Part shown: piece after piece, positions 40,755-52,700 of the stretch | How the letters are laid out: each line of letters starts with the position of its first letter | Numbering within the stretch: position 1 is the stretch's first letter | From: Trypanosoma brucei | Lineage: Eukaryota | NCBI GenBank assembly: GCA_000002445.1 | Contig: CP000066.1 | Location: 640,001-704,000 of the forward strand | Direction: 5' to 3' | DNA length: 64,000 bases | Notes under the pieces: generated by a model | What the model was told of the DNA's origin: nothing | Database searches by the model: none | The model's input: only the letters and a program-made list of their open reading frames with translations | Position numbers and translations under genes: made by a program

Positions 40755-42252
40755 TACCGTGGTAAAAACGGACAATGCCCTCAGTAAGAAAAAAAAACTT
40801 TGTGGCCGAGTTCCGGCGGACACGAGATGTGTGCACGAAATTAGGACTTCTATCGGTGCCTGTTCCTACAGTTATATACCAACAAAACCAGGAAAAAGAA
40901 GAATGCGCGGTTCCCCAAAGGAAGAGGAAAATATATACGGTAATGACATACAAACATACAGGTACATGTCAGTGGATACACGTTTGCAGTTGAGCGGCTT
41001 TGTAAGAAAGGAATCAACAGGTCAAGGAATAGTGAAGAGGAAATATGAAGAGGGAGGACACAAGTTAACACATAGAGACGGCACTCCAGCACAAGTTAAA
41101 AGACGATTGGCAGAACCCTGCGTGCCGAGTACTGGCTTGTTGTTGTAGTTTTTGTTCCGTATCCCCGCCCCTTCCTGCATGTTTGGTGGTGTAAACAGAC
41201 GTGTGTGCGTATTTTCCCTTTACACGCTTATCGCAGCGGAAGGATATGCAAAAGCAAAGAACGACGGCACAAACAACCAAACAATTTGGCGATTTAAGAA
41301 ATGAAAGAAACGAAAGAGACAAAGTGTCTTCTCCCCTTTTAGTCACTGGGTAGTTTGAAGTGAAAAAGTTTTTCGTATATGTACATTTACTTAAACCTCC
41401 GTACCACGTAAGCAGGAACAACAAGAAGGATACATCGATAAAAAGTAACGCTAGCAAAGGAAAACGAAGCAGTTTATGGTGAGAACAAAAAGGACTAATC
41501 AGCTAGAACTAATGCCCACCACAACACGAAAGAAGACAAAAAAAACTGCATCTCTGCCCGAGTGAATAGAAAATACCTCGCGTATTGATGGAAATGCACA
41601 TGTACTCCTCCCGTACACCAATTGTACTTCACCCCATATGCCCACACAAACACACTAGCAGGCTTATACATGCGTATATATATATACACGCATATGCGTC
41701 GATGTACCTGGTGTGTGTTTCTCATGTGCACAACCTTATGAGCGTATCAACGCGCACCCTGCTCACTTTCTGGGAAACGGTGAGTCACGGTCAGTTGCAG
41801 ACACACCCATATAAACATGCACATAACAAACTATTGCTTACTGGGATCGCTCTCTTTTCACCACTAGACGGTCTCAGCAACGACCTGTTATGGCGTGAAC
41901 GCATTTCGCACGATGAAAACAAATGAACAAACTTGACACAAACAATAAGACTAGCGAGAGGGGGAATGTAATGGAACTTTTCCGATACTTTTTTTTCATC
42001 GGAAGTCAATCAAAGTAATAACAACGAGTGGCCCCCTCTTCTGTTCCGCACTTCAACGTACCCCGCTCCCTCAACTTCATGGGAAAAGATAAGTTAAAGG
42101 GAGGAAGAGAGAGGGGGCTAGTAACTGAGTTAACCCTGGGAACGAGGGCGGAAAGCAACCTCCCGTAATCCCCTTCAGCATACATATTTCTTCGCTCTTT
42201 CTCCCCGTTCCACGCAGGTGGCGAACAGCGTTTGCTTTATTAGAGACATTAT

Positions 42253-45200
42253 TTACGTGTTCCCAACACCCTCCAAGCTTCCCAGTAGCCGCGCGCCGCC
42301 CGAATGACTGTTGAAGGTGAAGTCCATGAAGTGTGGTAGAGCCGTGTTAGCACCTGTGAACTCGGTGCTTTCCATTTTGTGCGAGACGCTATTCTCAGCA
42401 TTACTATCAGAGTTTTGGCCGCTACCCAATGTGGCACAGAATGGTAAACAGAATTCACTCCCCTGCGTTATAAAATTGTGTGACGCCACCGAACTGCGAT
42501 TGCTGTTGAAGTCGTCGTACTGTCTCGACTCTCGGTTAAGGTAGCCAGCCAATATCGGAGAGCGAATATCTGTCGAAGCCAACTCACCTCCTGCTTGATG
42601 GCTTTGCGATAGCACCCGCCGCGTGGCGACGGGTTGGTGACCGACAGGCGGTGGTCGACGCGAGTGATGGCCTACGGTTGGTGAAGAGGTACGTTGACAG
42701 ATCTCTTCCGCAACGCATCGACCCAAGGAGTTGTGCGGGGGGATTCCCGTACGGTTTAACAGCACCGCTCCACGCTTTTTTGACCTACTGGGCACATAAT
42801 CGTCCACGTCGTACGCCACACCCGTAAGTGTATCGGGTAACTCTGCCGCCGGGTGATATACCATCTCAGTAGCCTTACCGCACTCCGTTGCTGAAGTGGA
42901 GTAAGTTGTTCTAGATGAAGAAGAGGCCACAGATGCGTTGAACTTAGGCGATAGACACACACCCCTTACGGAACGTCGTTGACCTTCCTCTCCCACTTGC
43001 TGAACCTCTTCCGCAAGTTTCGTTTCACATTTCGTGGGGGTACACACTGGCCTTTGGTTGTCCTCACCACCATCAACATGGCTGCCCACGTTGACGGTGG
43101 TTCCCAAAGGCGAACCTAAAGCTACCGTCGATGTTGAAAACCCATTGCGAATCCGATCCTCCACCCACTCCATAGCCATCTGCTCCGGAGTCCGAACGTC
43201 CTCTGCACTTGGACCCGAAGAATGCCCCATATCTTTCCTCTTATATGGTTCGGACGGGAACCCCTCTGCAGATGTTGACGTCACCGCGTTAGGTGTTTGT
43301 GGGGCCGACACTGACCCAAAGAAGTCAATCCGCCTCCCTAATTTTGGTTCGCAGTTCGGCTCGTTTGTTTCCTCCTCCTCCCCGAAGTCCGGCTCAGGGG
43401 TGGTGTTGCACTCTGATATCGCCGACAACACCAATCTTTCCCTGGGGCAAACAAGTGGCGTGTGAGAACTTTCTTTCATCCCTTTGAATTCTTCCTCCTC
43501 TTCCACACCGCCTGGAACAATGTCTAAAGGGAATGCTCGAGCCCCTTCTGTTGAAAAGGATACAGAGGCGCTCTGCTCTACCAGCCGGCTCCTCGCTGAA
43601 TTGGTGCGGAGGTCATTATAACGAGAGTGCCGCTTGCGAAGCCCTCGCTGTTGATCGGCCACCCGCTTGCCTGTGGCCGTCACAGCGTGGGGGAAATAAC
43701 GCAGATCATCTGCAGCTCGGAGACGTGGAACGTACGGCGGTTTGATGCCTCCCGACAGAAATAGTTCCCGCCATTCTGCGGGCCGCTGAATTGGGAAACG
43801 GTGTAGGAAATCTTGCGCGAACGGTGCGCCCGGTGGTCTGACAACCTCCGGGTCCGAGGTTCCTTTGGTGTCACTACGACAGCTTCGGCTCGCGACACTT
43901 GCCCTTCTGAGTGAACGGAAACTAGCCAACGGCAAGCCCATCAAGGGGAAAGCTTGGTCCAATGTTGTGTCCGTAGCGTCGCTGACATGAGGTAAGCAAG
44001 AGGTGGCATTACAACTAAGCGTCGACCCACCGGAATTCCTCTGGCCGCAACTGACAATGGATGTTTTCCTCGTGCAGTACAGCTGCGAAGTAGCGTAGGG
44101 ACATAAGAAGAAGGGATGTTCCAAAACACGCTCACCGCAAAGCCGTTTTTCGGGCGACCGCTGAAGTAATGCAAGAATCAAATCCTTCAGTAATGTACAT
44201 GCCTCTGTCAGCTCTTCTGTTGCGTGTTCCGTGAAGGCGTCGCTACTCTCGAGTGACACGGACCCCACAGGAAGAGGGTGGTGTTCCGTGGAGCTCGCGT
44301 TCGCCCTCTCACCACTGGGTGCCGACCACGTTTCCTCAAAACACGTAGCCGTATCATATACGCTCAACGTCTTTTCTGTGACTTCTGAATGCTCAACCAG
44401 ATCTGGGAGGGGAAACGTCCAGAGGGCGGGACCAGATGGTCGCAACGGCTGCCCAGCACTGTCGCCACCGGGCCACGGAGCCGTTGCATGTTGTCTACCA
44501 TCACCCCGCTCGACGAGAGAACCGCGGAACGGCCGGTGGGTGCCGTACTCCTCCTCATACTGGCATGTCAATTGTGCAACACGCGCCGCCAACTCGAGCT
44601 CAGTGATCATGAAATCCCCGGGCTGCAGCTGAACATCGGTTTCAACGATGGATTTCATTATATCGTACCGGTTATTTGCATCGAATGGTCTGCGCCCGTT
44701 TGCCATTTCGAACAGCATGCAACCAAAGCTCCACCAGTCAATACGAGAGTCATGTGCCTCACCCAACAGCACTTCTGGACTCATGTAAAGCGAAGTGCCG
44801 GCATGGAAATCTGTTCGGGTCCCCGAGTCAATCGTACCACCCGCACCCGGAACGCCGCGGTATTTGGCTACACCAAAGTCTGCAAGCACAACATTGCCAT
44901 CAGATGTCATCAGAACATTCTCCGGTTTGAGATCACGGTACACAAAACCCTGCGTGTGCAGATACTGCAAAACTAGAGCGATTTCGATGGCACAAAATAC
45001 TATAATCCGAATAGGCGTGCGACTATCATCGGGGGCGAAGCGCATGGAGGAGAAACGTCCTGGTGAGGGCGGCTGCCTTAAGGGTGACTCGGAAACAATA
45101 ACTTTGCTGTCCGCTAATCCTGACCCTTTCCGTTGGTTGAACCCCGCGCCTCGATGCAATTTACGACGCATTTCCCTAATCCACGGCTTCGTCTCCAGGA

Positions 45201-46038
45201 ACACATACAAGTCACCACCCTGTGCGAAGTCAAGGACGAGGTAAAGGCATGACTGGCTCTGAAATGCCTGGTGAAGGTTGACTAAAAAGGGATGCTTGAA
45301 TGATGCAAGCAGATGCCGCTCGGTGAATGTACATTGGACGCAGTCCTCATCCCACACCTTCTTCTTGGATATCTTCTTGACAGCATAAAATGTATGCGTT
45401 TCTCTATGTCGCGCCAACGTTACCTCAGCAAAGGTGCCCTTACCTATATACGCCAGCAGTTCATAATCCCTAAGTGATCGAGCGGCAGAAGAAGAGTCAC
45501 TCTTGTAGATGGTCCAACTCGGCGATGAGCCTCGGCCCAACCCACTTAAGGCTACATCTTCCCATCCACTCACTTTGAGCGGGGTGTTCGTCAAACTCTT
45601 CACCTCCGAATCCTTATCGTCTTCTACGGATCTATCAGCCGCATCCGCAGGAATAGGAAGGGGTGCTTGACGCTTGCTATGCCCACTAAGGGAAATATCA
45701 CTCCTACTGATTTCACCCAGAAATTCCTCGTGCCCACCATCAATAGAGCCTAGAAGAAAAGTGAAAAAGGCATCGTCATCACCATCCCGTGGTAAGTTTC
45801 CCTCGGAAATACTGCTCTCTGGGGCCGTTGCGCCCGGTGATTTTTTGGTCGTCTCCCCCAGATCCCGGTGGCCTTCATTTAACCTCATTGGGGTGAAGGC
45901 ACTTGGTTGTTGTACATCCGCCTCCGGGGCTCCAGTTTCCTTCATTTTGGTGGTTGTGAGCACATCTGTACTTCCCTTTGCCTTAGACGCGCCTCTCATC
46001 CACGAAAACGCACTCGCTACTCGTTCATAGAAATTCAT
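42253..46038 (-). CDS. 1261-aa Ser/Thr protein kinase, AGC-like catalytic domain, with a roughly 60-aa insert between subdomains and a long low-complexity C-terminal extension
   Basis: Track start at 46089 is TTG. ATG at 46038. Kinase motifs IGKGTFAEV, AVKKISKK, YRDLKPENVLM, ADFGVAK, SPEVL, DWWSFGCMLFEM. Confidence 0.8.
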   Translation of the reverse strand: MNFYERVASAFSWMRGASKAKGSTDVLTTTKMKETGAPEADVQQPSAFTPMRLNEGHRDLGETTKKSPGATAPESSISEGNLPRDGDDDAFFTFLLGSIDGGHEEFLGEISRSDISLSGHSKRQAPLPIPADAADRSVEDDKDSEVKSLTNTPLKVSGWEDVALSGLGRGSSPSWTIYKSDSSSAARSLRDYELLAYIGKGTFAEVTLARHRETHTFYAVKKISKKKVWDEDCVQCTFTERHLLASFKHPFLVNLHQAFQSQSCLYLVLDFAQGGDLYVFLETKPWIREMRRKLHRGAGFNQRKGSGLADSKVIVSESPLRQPPSPGRFSSMRFAPDDSRTPIRIIVFCAIEIALVLQYLHTQGFVYRDLKPENVLMTSDGNVVLADFGVAKYRGVPGAGGTIDSGTRTDFHAGTSLYMSPEVLLGEAHDSRIDWWSFGCMLFEMANGRRPFDANNRYDIMKSIVETDVQLQPGDFMITELELAARVAQLTCQYEEEYGTHRPFRGSLVERGDGRQHATAPWPGGDSAGQPLRPSGPALWTFPLPDLVEHSEVTEKTLSVYDTATCFEETWSAPSGERANASSTEHHPLPVGSVSLESSDAFTEHATEELTEACTLLKDLILALLQRSPEKRLCGERVLEHPFFLCPYATSQLYCTRKTSIVSCGQRNSGGSTLSCNATSCLPHVSDATDTTLDQAFPLMGLPLASFRSLRRASVASRSCRSDTKGTSDPEVVRPPGAPFAQDFLHRFPIQRPAEWRELFLSGGIKPPYVPRLRAADDLRYFPHAVTATGKRVADQQRGLRKRHSRYNDLRTNSARSRLVEQSASVSFSTEGARAFPLDIVPGGVEEEEEFKGMKESSHTPLVCPRERLVLSAISECNTTPEPDFGEEEETNEPNCEPKLGRRIDFFGSVSAPQTPNAVTSTSAEGFPSEPYKRKDMGHSSGPSAEDVRTPEQMAMEWVEDRIRNGFSTSTVALGSPLGTTVNVGSHVDGGEDNQRPVCTPTKCETKLAEEVQQVGEEGQRRSVRGVCLSPKFNASVASSSSRTTYSTSATECGKATEMVYHPAAELPDTLTGVAYDVDDYVPSRSKKRGAVLLNRTGIPPHNSLGRCVAEEICQRTSSPTVGHHSRRPPPVGHQPVATRRVLSQSHQAGGELASTDIRSPILAGYLNRESRQYDDFNSNRSSVASHNFITQGSEFCLPFCATLGSGQNSDSNAENSVSHKMESTEFTGANTALPHFMDFTFNSHSGGARLLGSLEGVGNT

Positions 46039-47014
46039 CTTGAGGTAAACGTTTCGAGTGTACCTAAACGTCGCACACGTCGAATCCAAATAAATGCAAA
46101 TTTGCTTTTTTTTCTTTCGTTATTTTTCCTCCCCCTTCAGTGGTGATGAGCGGCAAACTGACCAGTAAGCTTCCACTGCAGCAGATTGTTCCAACAATGA
46201 TGATAATGGTAATAGTAACAATGGGAAACCAACGCGCACGGTTACCCAAAACCACACAGCCGCAATGAAAAAAGAGAAAAGGAGGGCTAGCTACCGATGA
46301 AACTATACAAGTGAAAAAAAAAAAATTAAACTCCTTTTTTATTTCGATGACACTCCTAGAGAAACGACAGGGTAGTCTTATCACCCTGGTGCCCTCCTGT
46401 GAAAGACAATACCTCTCTCTCTTCCGCCCCCTTTCCTTCTGTAGCACTGTGAGGGAGAACAACAACTCCTATTGTGTGCGATTTTCCTCCGGTTTTTGGT
46501 GGGTCAGAAGTTTGAGACCTCTCTCTCTAAAAAAAGAAAGAATATTAGCGCACTTGCAAATAGAAACAGCGTGTATATTTTTTTCTATTTGAAAAAAAAT
46601 ACAATATATATATATATGGGCTTATGTACGTGTGTGAATCTTCAGACCTTTCTGGAATCCCTCAGTTCTCTTGACTAATGGGAAAACTTCGGAAATAGTT
46701 TGATGTCAAATAAACGTGTGAAGTTGAGTTATACAGCGGTCAAGAAAGAAGGGAAAAGACGAAAAAGAGATTTTTTTTTTTAAAGGAAAAAAGGAGAAAT
46801 GTAAGTTCGTTGCAATTAACAAAGATTATTTTTAATGACATTTATCTTGTGGTACATCTGACTAGATGCTTATACGTTGAAAAGGGCCAAACGATTCTCC
46901 AGAAGCTGCAACAACCGGTTCGTGTAAAGGAGCGCTCAGCCCTGAGCACACAACGCGACAGCTCCACCGTTTTATCTCCCCCCCCCCCTCATCACTTCCG
47001 TCTCGTCGCACTCA

Positions 47015-48181
47015 CTAGGCGAATGCCTCCAAAATACCCTTCTCAAGAAAGGCTGAAAGCTCCTCATTATCTCCCGTGTATTGCTCCAAATCTTCCACAA
47101 CCCTATACACGTCAAGACTATTCTTTGGCCTGGCAATGACGAGTTGCATTACATCCTGCTCCGTCCACTGGCGGCGTCGAGGCTCGGGTGTGGCAGCATC
47201 AATGAAGGTGACACCGCCCCTACTAAGTCGACCTGCACTTGCACCACTGGCTACCGGATGCTGATCACTGAGAAACATCGCGAGTGGAACAGTAGGCTGA
47301 GCAAACAACTTACGGGCTCGATCTTCCACAGGTCGCCTTTCATGCCACTTGCCTTCGTCCTTCCCTGAAGCTGGCGATTCATCGCCGTTCTGGTTTGCTA
47401 CTCCAACACGCCTCTGCAACTCACGCAACACAACGTTAAGTCGTGCGGCACTTTCCCGCTCTGCATCACGGCCTTGTTGTTCCCATAGTGAGAGTAGTGA
47501 CTCCATCCCTCTCACATGGCCGACAGTTCCTGGCCGATGCTTCTCCAACAGTCGTAAGGCCTCCGCCTGCACCGAATCATCAAAAGCGCCAATACTCTTA
47601 TCAACGCTATCTTCATTTCTACCTTCTTCATTTTCACACGCAGCTGCTGGTGCGAGTTGTTGGTTCTCCGCCTGCTCATCAGCGTGGGCCTCCAGTCTAC
47701 TAGCACAAGCGGTACGGAGACGACAGGGTTGCCTGTTATAAATGCTTGAAGGGCCGTAAATTGCCCGAACACCATCATTGCCACTAATGGTGGAGTAGCG
47801 GCTTAGGTAACGCAGCACTCTCACCTCCGTTAAAAGTACCACCAGATGAGACGCAGCGGGTGATGCAAGTAATGCGCTGTTCTTTGGGGGATTTAAGAGA
47901 CCCACAGGTGGTGTGGACATGAAACCCGAATAGGAGGCCTCAGAAGACTTTAGAACCGCATCGGGTGGATAAAAGAAATTGGATTGGGTGGCAGTTGCCA
48001 TCGATTGACTACCTGCTTTCGGGGCAGTAATCCGCTGGCTCTGCTGTTGAGCAATGCTGCTGTTCCCAAGGAACTGAAGCCCAAACGACGGCTGATGTTT
48101 CCCGTTCCGCTCATCACGTCGACGGCGAAGCAGCGAAAACACCTCACCGTTTGTCATGGGAACGCCTTCTGAAAGGATCAT
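47015..48181 (-). CDS. 388-aa hypothetical protein
   Basis: Track start at 48262 is TTG. First ATG at 48181. ORF on the unit strand. Confidence 0.4.
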   Translation of the reverse strand: MILSEGVPMTNGEVFSLLRRRRDERNGKHQPSFGLQFLGNSSIAQQQSQRITAPKAGSQSMATATQSNFFYPPDAVLKSSEASYSGFMSTPPVGLLNPPKNSALLASPAASHLVVLLTEVRVLRYLSRYSTISGNDGVRAIYGPSSIYNRQPCRLRTACASRLEAHADEQAENQQLAPAAACENEEGRNEDSVDKSIGAFDDSVQAEALRLLEKHRPGTVGHVRGMESLLSLWEQQGRDAERESAARLNVVLRELQRRVGVANQNGDESPASGKDEGKWHERRPVEDRARKLFAQPTVPLAMFLSDQHPVASGASAGRLSRGGVTFIDAATPEPRRRQWTEQDVMQLVIARPKNSLDVYRVVEDLEQYTGDNEELSAFLEKGILEAFA

Positions 48182-48843
48182 CTCTCTGTCTAACACCGCT
48201 GCCTGCGCCCGTGCACAAATGCGAGTACAAATACACGAAAAAAAAAAAGGAGAGGCCTCCAAAGTTCCAGTTCTGTTTCCTTTGCCTTTATTTCCACTAG
48301 GTCAAGGTCACGACTTTGCTGTTAACGCCTGTGCGACTTTAAGTGTCAAACGCTGTCGCTTGTTGCTATCAGACAAGCCACACCACTTTCGCTTCCAGTG
48401 TAGGCCTACGACAGCGCTAACTTCAGCCAAAGCGACAAAACATATATAAACATACGTACGTGTATATATAAGAAAGACAGTACGAAGATGATCATAACAG
48501 CAATAAAAACAGTGAGAATGATAAACAAGTACCAGTTTGTGAACAACTAGCTGTGAAAACAGAGCTCTGACGGTTAAATAGTCTGAGAAACGAGGGAAAA
48601 TGTACTGACGTGCGGTCCTGGCAACAGTCACTTGCATACACATCAATACATCTGTATTGAAATATTTCATGTCCCCTTCCAAGTCGCACAGTACCAACAC
48701 GGAATCGAAACGTTAAATTTACAAACAAAAAAGGCAGTAATAAGGGTAAAGGTGAGAAAGGGAGCACTCACGCGACTGCTGCAGAGAGGGAAAGAATTTC
48801 CCGCCCTTCAGACGAGGCGTCGCTATTTTTCCTTTTCTTTGTT

Positions 48844-48859
48844 TGTGTGTATACGTGTG

Positions 48860-48895
<36 letters not shown>
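48844..48895. repeat. (GT)n microsatellite of about 26 units, with one GC interruption
   Basis: Direct read: gtgtgtgtgcgtgtgtgtgtgtgtgtgtgtgtgtgtgtg. Confidence 0.9.
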
Positions 48896-49179
48896 GATAA
48901 GGGGGAAGGAATATTGCCGGTAACGTTAATAGGAAAGGAAAAGAATTTTTAAAAAAGCAGTTAAAAAAGGAAAGAAGTAGAGCGCGTGGTATATTTAGCG
49001 CAAATCGAATAGGCATTATTTGAGCCACAAACCCTCTGCTGCCTGATAACCTCATTCCCCTCGAAAAGAAAGAAAAAGAAGGAAAGGAAAAAAGGAAAAG
49101 GAACGATATACATCTTACCACGTCAAGGGGGAAAACATACATCATTATATAAGTGCATATACATACTTCCACGTATATT

Positions 49180-49181
<2 letters not shown>

Positions 49182-49212
<31 letters not shown>
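49182..49212. repeat. (TA)n microsatellite
   Basis: Direct read: tatatatatatatatatatatatatatatat. Confidence 0.9.
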
Positions 49213-49216
<4 letters not shown>

Positions 49217-49653
49217 CCCTTTTCCTTTATTAACATACTCCCTTATCGAAACACGATTTTTTCCCCGCACTCCTTCCATTTTACTCTCGCGTTGTCTTCC
49301 TTCTTTGCTTTGCGTTAGACGTACTTCTGAATACGCTTTCACAGATTCCCTCCTCGTGAAATCTCTTGTTGCTGTTTAGAGAACTTGTACACAAACTTAG
49401 GCGGCCACCGCAGCTGAGACGAAAATGCGGTGGACGTCCACAGTTGCATACAAATCAATGGAAAAGAGGGAAAAAACGTGATATAATATAGCAAAAACAT
49501 AACGAAACGAAAAGGTAAACCGACAAAGAAAACAAAAAAAGAGGAAAACCATAACGATACACAACCCTAGAAGCAACAGTAGTGACAACAATTGCGGCTG
49601 CGGATATGAACCTGCCGTCCCGCACAGACACGCACACACACATAAATATACGA

Positions 49654-49677
49654 ATATATATATATATATATATATAT
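49654..49677. repeat. (TA)n microsatellite immediately 3' of the PFK-2 stop codon
   Basis: Direct read. Confidence 0.85.
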
Positions 49678-49700
49678 TCCCTCACCTTCCGTCGTCTCAC

Positions 49701-52700
49701 TCATTCGCTCGGCTGCAGTGGGCGGTCACAGGGCTTTACCAGCTGGTGTACGGTTATATCACCCTTCACGCTAATTTCTACTACAGCGTGTGAAGGGAGG
49801 CGCAAAGCTGGAGCCATTTCAGGCAACGCATCAGCAAAGAATGCGAGAACCCCTTGCGCTGGTACGGATGAGGCGACAACAAACACCGGACCACGCACCC
49901 GCATGACGGCCATAAGTGCCGGCTCCAACCGAACATTTACCTGCCTGCAACTCTCACCGTTGGGAAACTGCACGCAGTAAGAAAGACGAGGGTCCGCCCC
50001 GTTGGGAACATGGAGAAAGCGGCGAAGGCCCTCCGCACATATATTAGCAGCGTCTGATGCGCATTCTGCCGTCCCCAGTAACGGTGGCTCCTCTTGCTGA
50101 GCCTTCTCTTTTCCAGGGTCAGCAACTTCATCATCCGCTGCGATATAGGAACCACTCCCCATCGGCGAGCCTGCGTAGAGAAGCTTGCAGAGTTTTGAGT
50201 ATCTGATCCGTACCTGCTTAACTGTCCGACCGCAAAACCGCCCAAAATTGATTCTGTCGAGACCGGGAAGTGGACAAAGCAACTCCGCCAGCGGCACGCA
50301 AAAGCCGCCGCATCCGCGAGCCCCCCTCGGGAAACTGCTGCCATCGTCGCTGCTGTCCGGCTCTAAAGCCTGTTCCAGTGGCCGCAGTGTATTCATAACG
50401 TTCGGATTTGTTCCGTGAAGCACGACCATGTTGGGTGCATCCCGCTCCAATATAAACCGCTTTAGGGCATCCGCAAACTTCTCACCAAGAGGGGTGAGGC
50501 GGTCATCCCCGCCGTATATGTGTTTCCTGTCACCCACGGTTTCCCCGGGAACCGCAATATAAATGGGATGAGCAACAGGGTGAAGATTTAATAAAAAGAA
50601 CGAGATGAGACTTGCTAGTCCGCAGGGAATCTTGTGAAGAATGACATGATGCTTTGCATTGATAATGCGAATGAAACTAATGCCTTCATCCGCATCCAGC
50701 TGCTCGTACACCTTTTCATACTCCGCAATCCGAGAGTAAAATGCGGAGATCACCTCACCCGCGTCCTTGACATTCTTAAAGTCATCATTACCACACTTTG
50801 CACGTAGTATGTTCTCTGTGATGAGGTTTAAATCATTGCACACTGACTCAATGAATATTACTCTACAGTTGATGTTGTGTTTCTTTGCTTCCTGTTGCAA
50901 GCACTCCAACAAATACTTCCTGCGAGCCTTCGTGGTGTTTGTTGCGTCAAACACGCCACAGGCCACCCGATGGTGGGCAATAAAATGAATAAGATCTCCA
51001 AAAGCAAGAGTTGCCACCTTGTCACGCATTTGCTTCGCCTGCAAATTTTGCGGATCATAGAAATCTGCACTGCACGTACCCTCCACACCGAGGAGCCTAC
51101 GGCGGTAGTTCCCGACATTAAACACACGACAGGGAACTCCCTTCCAATTAAGATAACGTGCGATCCGTCGGCCAATAAACGACTTCCCCCGTCCCGGTAA
51201 CCCCACCATACAAACAATGAGGGAAACCGCATCCGACACAGTCGTATAACTTGAGGACATGTTGGCAATGTCGTCCACTGCATTAGGTAATCTCCCTTCC
51301 GCCCCTTGATCCCTCACCCTGTTCAAGCAATCTCTCGCACGGTATTGTGCCACCATATCAGGGGGGAGGGCGGAAAAGAGAACGCTATCGCCCGGTGACA
51401 CGGCCAGCGGTGCCTTGGATCCCCATCCACGCGTCCCTTTCGTATCCTTCACTGTAGACTGCGACGCGGATCCCTTTTTGCAGCTGGGAAGTGAAATGGA
51501 CGGCATCGCTGGCGAATTTCCACCACATGAAGGTCCTTCTGTTGCCGCAGCGCCACATGTGGGCGTGCCGTGATAATTTGGGGAAATAGAGCCGTTACCA
51601 CGGCTTGAATGAACGTGATGATGTCGCTGCTCCTTTTTCATCTGAGCATGCTTCGTCACCGCCACTAGAAGGCGGCACACACCACTATGACGGTTCTCCG
51701 CAGCCCAATCAAGCGGCGTACGACCCGTGTTGTCGATTGCCGTAATGTCGGCACCAAACGATATGAGAACGCGCACTACGGATTCGTTTCCTCCGAGCGC
51801 CGCCACGTGAAGCGGGGTGCAACCATTGTAATCCCGTTGGTTGACATCTACTAGTTTCCGTTCTAGCAAATAGTGCAGCTCCGATGAATTACAGGCGCGG
51901 ACAAGAGCAAATATATTCCACGCAGAGACTTCACGTTGAAGCCAACCGAGTTGAACCTGCAAGAAGCCCTTGCGTCTCTGCAGTTCGGCTATGAGAGCGT
52001 TGCGACACTTCTCACGCGCCGCTAATGGATCATTAGGATCTGGAATGCTGAGCTGGGGCAATAGTAACCCCTTCCTCTTGTGGCAGCAGGAAGGCGACGC
52101 GCGGCGTTCATCGAATTTGCACATATCCTCCTCAGGGCATGATAGGCACCGCGAGTGATGAGGCATCTTGTCTATTGGCAATAACACCTCTCCTTTACTC
52201 CTTAGTCCTCGTCCAACATTCCGCACACAAGATTCTAGAGGGAGTGACATGAACCTTCCACGTTTGCACATACCCAATTGCTGTGAAGAGGCTACGGACA
52301 CACCATCGCTATCCCCTGAGGTTGCATGGCCCAAATTCCCCAGTAACGACGCCCCAAACTCTGAAACCCCGCATCCCCCCACGCTTGAAGCCGCACCACT
52401 GGCCAAAAACGGCGAGGCGTGGCTGCTACTCCTTAGTGAGGGGCTCCTGTGTGATGGACTTGCGCCATAAATATGAACCCATTCCTGTTCATTGGAATCT
52501 TGTGAAGAAGGCGGGTTCCTTCTCACATCTACTCCCATAGGTCCTCCTCTTCCCTCTGCCGCATCCACTTCTTCCTCTTTCCCTCTTCGTCCAGGGGTAA
52601 CTGAAATAACTTCACATGGCGGTCGTCTCCCCTCATCGGTGGAGTCCGCCGCGGCCTCATTTCCTTCTTCTCCTCCTCTTCCTCCTATTTTTGTTGCGGT

